The translations under genes and the position numbers were made by a program. DNA of 64,000 bases, from contig CAVWHX010000003.1 in NCBI GenBank assembly GCA_963754925.1, positions 416,001 through 480,000 on the forward strand, given 5' to 3'. The notes beneath the pieces are model-generated. The model ran no database searches, had not been told where the DNA came from, and saw only the letters and a program-made list of their open reading frames with translations. Positions 52,711 through 64,000 of the stretch are shown in pieces. Each line of letters begins with the position of its first letter. Position 1 is the first letter of the stretch. Source of the stretch: an uncultured delta proteobacterium. GTDB taxonomy: Bacteria > Myxococcota > B64-G9.

Positions 52711-55700
52711 TCAAGCATTAGCCAATCCAGCTTCCACAACCAGGGGTGACTCCGGTACTTCCTTTTGCTCCGCCCCCTCCTCAGGCAAGTCCACATCGAG
52801 CTCCATCCGCTTGTAGCGCCCCAGACCCGTTCCAGCCGGAATCAACCGCCCCATAATGACATTTTCTTTCAACCCGTTGAGGTGGTCGACCTTGCCTTGG
52901 ATGGCTGCTTCGGTCAATACCTTGGTGGTCTCTTGGAACGACGAGGCCGAGATGAAGCTGTCGGATGCCAGCGCCGCCTTCGTAATTCCGAGGAGCATCG
53001 GTTCGCCAATCGCGGGTTTGTTGCCAGCCTGGATGACACGCTCGTTCTCCTCCTCGAAGGTATACCGGTCAACTTGTTCATCCACAAGGAAATTGGTGTC
53101 GCCCACCTCTTTCACCCGACTACGGCGCAGCATCTGGCGCACGATAACTTCAACGTGTTTGTCGTTGATGCGCACACCCTGGAGGCGATAAACCTCTTGA
53201 ATTTCATTGACTAAGTACTTGGCCAATTCTTTCTCACCCAGCACCCTCAGGATGTCGTGCGGATTTGCCGAGCCATCCATCAGCGCCTCGCCGGCCCGGA
53301 TGAAATCACCTTCGTGTACGCTGATATGTTTGCCCTTGGAAATTGCATATTCCTTCGGTTCGCCGATTTCAGGGGTGATCACCACCCGCCGTTTGCCCTT
53401 GAGATCTTTGCCGAAATGAACCGTTCCGTCGATCTCGCTGATGATCGCCACATCCTTGGGCTTGCGGGCCTCAAAGAGCTCGGCCACGCGCGGCAAGCCG
53501 CCCGTGATATCCTTGGTCTTGGTCGTTTCGCGCGGGATCTTCGACAACACATCGCCGGCCTCGACCTCCATGCCTTCGTTCACGAGGATGTTGGCGCCCA
53601 CCGGCATCAGGTACCGCGCCATGGCGTTGCCGCCGGCGATCTTAAGGGTGCGCGTGGGCTCCGCCCGGTCCTTGATGGAAATACGCGGCCGCGCGTCCGG
53701 GTCCTTTGATTCGACGATCACCCGGCTGATCAAACCGGTCACGTCGTCGACCTTTTCTTCCATGGTGACGCCCAGCAGGATGTCGCCGAACTTGACCACC
53801 CCGGGCGCCTCGGTCAGGATGGGGTTGGCGAACGGATCCCACTCCGCCAAGGCGGTGCCCGGCTCGACCATCTGGCCTTCCTTCACGAACAAGCGCGCGC
53901 CGTAAACCATCACGTACTTCTCGCGTTCGCGTCCGCTCTCATCGACGATGGCCAGCTCGCCGTTCCGATTCATGACGATCAGAATTTCGCGGCCCTGCTC
54001 CTTTTTCGCAACGGTGGTCAGGTTGTGGAAGCGCACGGCGCCAGCCGTCCGGTTTTCCTGTGAGCTCTGTTCGGCCCGCCGCGTCGCGGCGCCACCGATG
54101 TGAAAGGTGCGCATGGTGAGTTGGGTGCCCGGTTCGCCGATTGACTGGGCCGCGATCACGCCCACCGCCTCGCCCATGTTGACCTTCATGCCGCGCGCCA
54201 GGTCGCGGCCATAGCACTCAACGCACACGCCGTCTGGGGCACGGCAGGTGAGCACCGACCGAATGCGGACTTTCTCTATGCCGGCGTCGCGAATCTTATC
54301 CACCAACGTTTCATCGATCTCTTGGTTGGACTTTATCAGCACCTCGCCGGTGATCGGGTCCTTGATGTCTTCAAGCGCCACGCGTCCCAAAATACGTTCG
54401 GACAGCGACTGAATGATCTCGCCGCCCTCGACCAGCGGCGTCATGTAGATACCGTCGAGGGTGTTGCAGTCCTGTAAGGTAATCACGGCATCCTGGGCCA
54501 CATCCACGAGCCGGCGCGTCAGATAGCCGGAGTTGGCGGTCTTGAGGGCCGTGTCCGCAAGCCCCTTGCGGGCGCCGTGCGTCGAGATGAAGTACTGCAG
54601 CACCGTCAGACCTTCGCGGAAGTTGGCGGTAATCGGCGTTTCGATAATTTCGCCCGACGGCTTCGCCATCAGGCCGCGCATGCCGGCGAGCTGCCGGATC
54701 TGTTGCTGCGAGCCGCGTGAGCCCGAGTCAGCCATCATATAAATCGAATTGAAGCTTGGCGTTCGTCGGGTCTCGCCGCTTTGGCTGGTGACGATTTCGG
54801 TGCCGATTTCATTCATCATCTCCTTGGCCACCACCTCGGTGGCTTCAGCCCACACGTCGATCACCTTGTTGTAGCGCTCGCCATCGGTGATCAGACCTTC
54901 GGTATACTCGTTGGAGACCTCGGTGAGCTCATCGGTGGCGCGCTGGATGATGTCGGCCTTGCCACTAGGAACGCGCATGTCGTCCATACAGATGGAAATA
55001 CCAGCCCGGGTCGCGTACTGGAACCCCAAGGTGCGCAGGCGATCGGCCAGGAGGACGGTTTTCTTTTGACCACCGGCCCGATAACACATATCAATCAAGG
55101 CAGCCAGCGACTTCTTATCGAGCACCTTGTTAATGGACGAAAAGGGGATTCCCTCCGGAATAACCTCGTATATCAACACCCGGCCAACCACCGTCTCAAC
55201 CAATTGGCCGTCAATGCGCACCTTGACACGGGCCTGCAGATCGGCCACGCCCGCATCATAGGCTTGGCGCAGTTCGTCCAGGCTCGAGAAGATCTTGCCC
55301 TCGCCCTTGGCAAAAGCGCGCTCGCGCGACATGTAGTAGCAACCCAGCACGACGTCTTGAGTGGGGACAATGATCGGGCTGCCATGCGCCGGCGACAGAA
55401 TGTTGTTCGTCGACATCATCAGCACGCGCGCTTCCATTTGCGCCTCGACGGAGAGCGGCACGTGCACCGCCATCTGGTCGCCGTCGAAATCGGCATTGAA
55501 CGCGACGCACACCAGCGGATGCAGCTGGATAGCTTTGCCCTCGATCAGGATCGGCTCAAAGGCCTGGAACCCCAAGCGGTGCAGGGTCGGGGCGCGGTTG
55601 AGCATGACCGGATGCTCGCGGATCACCTCTTCCAGGATGTCCCATACCTCCGGCCGCTCCTTCTCCACCATGCGCTTGGCACTCTTGATCGTGGTAACGT

Positions 55701-56874
55701 AGCCGCGCTCCTCGAGCTTGTTGTAGATAAACGGTTTGAAGAGCTCCAGGGCCATGATCTTCGGCAAGCCGCATTGATGCAGTTTCAACTCAGGACCGAC
55801 GACAATGACCGAACGGCCGGAATAATCCACGCGTTTGCCGAGCAGGTTCTGACGGAAGCGGCCCTGCTTGCCTTTCAGCATGTCCGAGAGCGACTTGAGC
55901 GGCCGCTTATTGGGGCCGGTGATGGCTTTGCCGCGGCGGCCGTTGTCAAATAAGGCGTCGACCGCCTCCTGTAACATGCGTTTCTCGTTGCGGACGATGA
56001 TCTCGGGCGCGTTGAGCTCCTGCAAGCGCTTGAGCCGGTTATTGCGATTGATCACCCGCCGATACAAATCATTGAGATCCGAAGTGGCAAAGCGCCCGCC
56101 GTCGAGCGGCACCAGAGGTCGCAGATCGGGCGGGATAACCGGGATGACCTCGAGGACCATCCACTCGGGACGGTTGCCGGAACCTCGGAACGCCTCCACC
56201 ACCTTCAGGCGCTTCGCCACCTTCTTACGTCGGGCATCCGAGGTGGACACGCGCATCTCTTTGCGGAGCTGCTCGGTAAGCTGATCCAAATCAACCTGCT
56301 TGAGCAGCTCTTGAATAGCCTCAGCGCCCATCTCAGCCCGGAAACCGTCGCGACCGAACTCTTCTTGAAAACGGTGGTACTTGTCTTCGAGAATGATCTG
56401 GCCCTTCTCAAGCGGGGTCTGTTTGGGATCGAGCACGATGTACGCTTCACAGTAGAGAACCTTCTCAAGCTCCTTGAGCGTGATATCGAGCAACGTGCCG
56501 ATACGGCTGGGGAGGCTCTTGAGAAACCAAATATGCGCCACCGGCGTCGCCAGGTTGATGTGACCCATGCGCTCACGCCGCACTTTGCTCTGAATGACCT
56601 CAACGCCGCATTTTTCGCAGACCACGCCACGGTGTTTCATGCGCTTATACTTGCCGCAGTTACACTCGTAGTCCTTGACCGGGCCGAAGATCTTCGCGCA
56701 GAACAATCCATCCCGCTCCGGTTTGAAGGTGCGGTAGTTAATAGTCTCAGGCTTCTTCACCTCACCGTGCGACCACTCGCGAATCGTTGCCGGGCTCGCG
56801 AGCCCGATGCGGATCGCGGAGAAGCTCAAGGGGTCTTTCGGTTTTTCGAAAAAATTGATGAAGATGTCCTTCAA
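52711..56874 (-). CDS. rpoC: RNA polymerase beta' subunit
   Basis: [39 protein letters not shown]. Confidence 0.99.
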   Translation of the reverse strand: MKDIFINFFEKPKDPLSFSAIRIGLASPATIREWSHGEVKKPETINYRTFKPERDGLFCAKIFGPVKDYECNCGKYKRMKHRGVVCEKCGVEVIQSKVRRERMGHINLATPVAHIWFLKSLPSRIGTLLDITLKELEKVLYCEAYIVLDPKQTPLEKGQIILEDKYHRFQEEFGRDGFRAEMGAEAIQELLKQVDLDQLTEQLRKEMRVSTSDARRKKVAKRLKVVEAFRGSGNRPEWMVLEVIPVIPPDLRPLVPLDGGRFATSDLNDLYRRVINRNNRLKRLQELNAPEIIVRNEKRMLQEAVDALFDNGRRGKAITGPNKRPLKSLSDMLKGKQGRFRQNLLGKRVDYSGRSVIVVGPELKLHQCGLPKIMALELFKPFIYNKLEERGYVTTIKSAKRMVEKERPEVWDILEEVIREHPVMLNRAPTLHRLGFQAFEPILIEGKAIQLHPLVCVAFNADFDGDQMAVHVPLSVEAQMEARVLMMSTNNILSPAHGSPIIVPTQDVVLGCYYMSRERAFAKGEGKIFSSLDELRQAYDAGVADLQARVKVRIDGQLVETVVGRVLIYEVIPEGIPFSSINKVLDKKSLAALIDMCYRAGGQKKTVLLADRLRTLGFQYATRAGISICMDDMRVPSGKADIIQRATDELTEVSNEYTEGLITDGERYNKVIDVWAEATEVVAKEMMNEIGTEIVTSQSGETRRTPSFNSIYMMADSGSRGSQQQIRQLAGMRGLMAKPSGEIIETPITANFREGLTVLQYFISTHGARKGLADTALKTANSGYLTRRLVDVAQDAVITLQDCNTLDGIYMTPLVEGGEIIQSLSERILGRVALEDIKDPITGEVLIKSNQEIDETLVDKIRDAGIEKVRIRSVLTCRAPDGVCVECYGRDLARGMKVNMGEAVGVIAAQSIGEPGTQLTMRTFHIGGAATRRAEQSSQENRTAGAVRFHNLTTVAKKEQGREILIVMNRNGELAIVDESGREREKYVMVYGARLFVKEGQMVEPGTALAEWDPFANPILTEAPGVVKFGDILLGVTMEEKVDDVTGLISRVIVESKDPDARPRISIKDRAEPTRTLKIAGGNAMARYLMPVGANILVNEGMEVEAGDVLSKIPRETTKTKDITGGLPRVAELFEARKPKDVAIISEIDGTVHFGKDLKGKRRVVITPEIGEPKEYAISKGKHISVHEGDFIRAGEALMDGSANPHDILRVLGEKELAKYLVNEIQEVYRLQGVRINDKHVEVIVRQMLRRSRVKEVGDTNFLVDEQVDRYTFEEENERVIQAGNKPAIGEPMLLGITKAALASDSFISASSFQETTKVLTEAAIQGKVDHLNGLKENVIMGRLIPAGTGLGRYKRMELDVDLPEEGAEQKEVPESPLVVEAGLANA

Positions 56875-56886
56875 GACGATCTCCTT

Positions 56887-56936
56887 CCCCCTGCGGGGGT
56901 AAGTGGCTGTAACGCTCGCTCCGTTCGCTAACAGCT
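56887..56936. repeat. Intergenic double-hairpin element between rpoB and rpoC
   Basis: CCCCCTGCGGGGG then GCTGT-AACGCTCGCTCCGTTCGCTA-ACAGC; core differs from 22057-22084 by one base. Confidence 0.8.
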
Positions 56937-56941
56937 TCTAA

Positions 56942-61075
<4,134 letters not shown>

Positions 61076-61181
61076 CCGCTGCTCCTCGCCGAAAGAGGTG
61101 GCCAACCTGTTACCACCAAAACACCAGGGAGCAAACCGGGTACCGAGCACCCGGTTCGCCCCGCCTCAATACACGTTCACG

Positions 61182-61559
61182 CTACTTAATGGTCACTTTC
61201 GCGCCGGCTTCTTCCAGCTTTTTCTTAGCTTCTTCGGCGGCGGCTTTATCAATCGCCTCCTTCACGTTCTTCGGCGCGCCGTCCACCAAATCCTTCGCGT
61301 CCTTCAACCCCAAGCTGGTAAGCTCGCGCACCGCTTTGATGACCTTTATTTTTTCTTCCCCAGCCGATTCGAGAACAACGGTAAACTCGGTCTTTTCCTC
61401 GACCGGAGCAACTGTCGGAGCGGCGGCAGCCGCGACGGCCATGGGCGCAGCTGCGGTGACTCCCCATTTTTCCTCGAGCGCTTTCCGTAGCTCGTTAAGC
61501 TCCAGCACCGTCATTTTACTGAGATGATCCAGCAAAACTTCTCGTGTAATTTCTGGCAT
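61182..61559 (-). CDS. rplL: 50S ribosomal protein L7/L12
   Basis: MTVLEL..L...[33 protein letters not shown]. Confidence 0.98.
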   Translation of the reverse strand: MPEITREVLLDHLSKMTVLELNELRKALEEKWGVTAAAPMAVAAAAAPTVAPVEEKTEFTVVLESAGEEKIKVIKAVRELTSLGLKDAKDLVDGAPKNVKEAIDKAAAEEAKKKLEEAGAKVTIK

Positions 61560-61617
61560 TTCAAACATCTCCTCTCTTATAACAGCAATTGGTTAACAAG
61601 TCCTCATTGAAAAATTG

Positions 61618-62148
61618 TTAAGCGCCCGGCGCCAACTTTTCTTCCTGGGCTTTGAGCACACCAAGAAACTTCTGTGGCACCGCATTAAACACCCCCAATA
61701 ATTGCTGAATCGGCATATTAAACAATGACAGTATCTGCGACTGGAGACCCTGGCGATTCGGCAATTTAGAGACATCTTCAACTTGGTTCTTGGTCAGAAC
61801 CGTTCCTTCTAAAAAACCACCTTTAACCTTAAAAATCTCGTTGTCCTTGGCAAACTCAAACGCCACTCGGGCCGGCGCGATAGGATCCTCATTCCCGATT
61901 GCCACACCGGTTGGCTCGTCCAGAAACTTCGCCAGACCCTCCAACGCCGTTCCTCGAACGGCAAGTTTTGTCAGGGTGTTCTTAATCACCAAGTAACTGA
62001 CACCCTTTTCGCGGAATTTGCGCCGCAGATCGGTTATTTTTGCGACGTTCAAACCACGAAAATTAGTCAGAACGCCGCCTTGGGCGTCCTTAAACAATTT
62101 TTTCAGCTCCTCAATTTTTTCGGATCGTTGCTCTCTACTCGTGCTCAC
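61618..62148 (-). CDS. rplJ: 50S ribosomal protein L10
   Basis: FRGLNVA.ITDLR, VIKNTL, KLPNR; GTG start after AAGGAGGT. Confidence 0.95.
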   Translation of the reverse strand: MSTSREQRSEKIEELKKLFKDAQGGVLTNFRGLNVAKITDLRRKFREKGVSYLVIKNTLTKLAVRGTALEGLAKFLDEPTGVAIGNEDPIAPARVAFEFAKDNEIFKVKGGFLEGTVLTKNQVEDVSKLPNRQGLQSQILSLFNMPIQQLLGVFNAVPQKFLGVLKAQEEKLAPGA

Positions 62149-62163
62149 GTTTGACCTTACCTC

Positions 62164-62203
62164 CTTTCCCCGGTACCTGATTACTTTCCCCGGTACCTGA
62201 TTA
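62164..62203. repeat. Perfect 20-bp tandem duplication upstream of the rplJ RBS
   Basis: CTTTCCCCGGTACCTGATTA x2. Confidence 0.9.
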
Positions 62204-62223
62204 CCGAGTTTGACTTGCTTGTA

Positions 62224-62264
62224 CAAGCATCTGTAAGCTCGCTACGCTCGCTAACAGCTGCTTG
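62224..62264. repeat. Intergenic hairpin element in the rplJ leader
   Basis: CAAGCA-TCTGT-AAGCTCGCTACGCTCGCTA-ACAG-CTGCTTG. Confidence 0.75.
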
Positions 62265-62308
62265 CCCGGTTCGAGCAAGGGGAAAGGCTGTTCATCGCTT
62301 TCTTCCCC

Positions 62309-62372
62309 GTCTCGGCTGGCGGAACCACCATGATTCCATTACCCCGATTCATCGGGACCTGCTGTCTTAGAC
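62309..62372 (-). promoter_or_regulatory. L10 leader (rplJ autoregulatory RNA)
   Basis: Minus strand GTCTAAGACAGCAGGT...TAAT...GCCAGCCGAGAC resembles the L10-leader core (AGAC..AGG / CC.GCCGAG), in the expected rplA-rplJ position. Confidence 0.75.
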
Positions 62373-62431
62373 CGGAAGCATCAATTTTTCATCGCAACCC
62401 TTCGGTTGCGAACAAACAACTATATAAATCC

Positions 62432-63136
62432 TCACGCCAATAAATCGGTGAGGTTACTAGTATCCAACTTTACCCCTGGCCCCATGGTGCTCGATATCGT
62501 TACGGCTTTAAGGTAGATACCTTTGGCCGAGGATGGCTTGGCTTTCATGATAATTTCCATAAGCGCGGTGAGGTTAGCTTTGAGTTGTTCGACATTGAAC
62601 GACATTCGTCCAAGGGGAACATGCACAATACCTTCTTTCTCGACCTTGAATTCCACCTTGCCGGCTTTGTTTTCTTTGACCGCCTGGGCAATATCGAAGG
62701 TCACCGTCCCAACCTTGGGATTGGGCATCAAACCGCGGGTGCCGAGGATCTTCCCCAGTTTTCCAACTATTTTCATCATATCCGGTGTGGCAATAGCCTT
62801 ATCGAAATCAAGGAAACCACCCTCGATCTTTTCAACGAGGTCCTCTGCGCCAACCACATCGGCGCCTGCATCCTGGGCTTCCTTGGCCTTGTCGCCTTTG
62901 GCGAACACCGCGACCCGCACGCTTTTTCCGATACCATGGGGCAGCACCACCGCCCCACGAACCATCTGATCCGAGTATTTTGGATTCACCCCGAGGTTGA
63001 TGGCGAGATCCACGCTTTCGTCGAATTTAGTGCGCTGTAACGTTTTCATCAACGCTAACCCTTCATCCACCGGGTAGTGTTTGGTCCGATCGATTTTTTC
63101 TTTTGATGAACGATATCTTTTTCCATGCCGCGCCAT
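62432..63136 (-). CDS. rplA: 50S ribosomal protein L1
   Basis: [32 protein letters not shown]. Confidence 0.98.
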   Translation of the reverse strand: MARHGKRYRSSKEKIDRTKHYPVDEGLALMKTLQRTKFDESVDLAINLGVNPKYSDQMVRGAVVLPHGIGKSVRVAVFAKGDKAKEAQDAGADVVGAEDLVEKIEGGFLDFDKAIATPDMMKIVGKLGKILGTRGLMPNPKVGTVTFDIAQAVKENKAGKVEFKVEKEGIVHVPLGRMSFNVEQLKANLTALMEIIMKAKPSSAKGIYLKAVTISSTMGPGVKLDTSNLTDLLA

Positions 63137-63212
63137 CGGTATAATCCTCCTGGCAGTCATAACGTCCCTCTCCACACAGCATCTTTTGAGAAAGGACTCC
63201 TGCCTAACGGGT

Positions 63213-63638
63213 TTAGTCGACTATTTCTACCCCCATGCTGCGGGCGGTACCCGCAACGGTTTTCATAGCAGCTTCAACATCGTTAGCGTTGAGATCGGGC
63301 AATTTAAGCTGGGCTATTTCCCGTAATTGCTTTTTGGTTACCTTGCCAACCTTCTCCTTGCCAGCGGTATGCGCAGCGGTCTCGATGCCCGCCGCCTTTT
63401 TCAATAATATCGAGGCCGGAGGCGTTTTGGTGATAAACGTAAACGATCGGTCTTGATAGACCGTGATCACAACCGGAATGATCAGGCCTTGCTGATGTTG
63501 TGTACGCGCATTGAACGACTTACAAAACTCCATGATGTTAACGCCGTGCTGCCCCAAGGCAGGCCCCACGGGGGGCGACGGGTTCGCTGCTCCGGCCGGG
63601 CACTGTAATTTTATGTAACTAATGACTTTCTTTGCCAT
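63213..63638 (-). CDS. rplK: 50S ribosomal protein L11
   Basis: [30 protein letters not shown]. Confidence 0.98.
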   Translation of the reverse strand: MAKKVISYIKLQCPAGAANPSPPVGPALGQHGVNIMEFCKSFNARTQHQQGLIIPVVITVYQDRSFTFITKTPPASILLKKAAGIETAAHTAGKEKVGKVTKKQLREIAQLKLPDLNANDVEAAMKTVAGTARSMGVEIVD

Positions 63639-63765
63639 GACTTAAACTCCATTCTATCTATAACATCTTAAGGACGAGCTTTATGCCCGTTCGCAAAACA
63701 CCTTGTTAACTTTTGAGTTTTAGCAACAAAAAATCATGCCCTTTGTTTAACGTTTTAAATCGTTA

Positions 63766-64000
63766 TTAGGTTTTTTCAACCTGAACGAAGTCCATTTCGA
63801 CCGGCGTCGCGCGACCAAAGATGCTCACCAGTACGCGTAGTTTGCCTTTCTCCGGATCGACTTCGTCGATGACACCGTTAAAGTTGGTAAATGGCCCGTC
63901 CACTACCCGCACGGAGTCGCCTTTGTCGTAGGTAACTTTCGGTTTGATGCGCTCGGCGCCTTCGGCAATCTGGCTGGTGATCTTTCTAAGTTCATTTTCA
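63766..64000 (-). CDS. nusG: Transcription termination/antitermination factor NusG (C-terminal part, runs off the window)
   Basis: KOW domain [22 protein letters not shown]...[24 protein letters not shown]. Confidence 0.95.
   Translation of the reverse strand, partial: ENELRKITSQIAEGAERIKPKVTYDKGDSVRVVDGPFTNFNGVIDEVDPEKGKLRVLVSIFGRATPVEMDFVQVEKT

Overview
Core chromosomal window of a bacterium most similar to Myxococcota/former Deltaproteobacteria. That placement is inferred from a DUF507-myxosortase MrtC-like pair, two small genes after rplQ of a kind I recall from myxobacteria, and the ribosomal protein sequences. The right half (35.6-64 kb, minus strand) is the nusG-rplKAJL-rpoBC-str-S10-spc-alpha super-cluster. 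It lacks fusA, rplC, adk and infA at their usual positions and carries an EF-Tu with a non-canonical switch-I segment. The middle holds ispDF-cysS-uvrB-uvrC-DUF507-mrtC, an archaeal-type pheST, clpS-clpA facing a bacterial cereblon, and a PDO/thioredoxin reductase pair. The left end holds tmRNA with an integrase remnant at its 3' end (eroded island with a GC-rich metallophosphoesterase-phospholipase D pair), three tRNAs, and a CotH-kinase/histidine-phosphatase pair. Non-coding structure includes a 160-bp MITE with an 8-bp target duplication, a dRS3-like palindrome cluster, and a dispersed family of GCGAGC-GNA-GCGAGC hairpins at junctions of housekeeping operons. Seven small frameshifting indels, six of them in essential genes, point to an error-prone (long-read) assembly.
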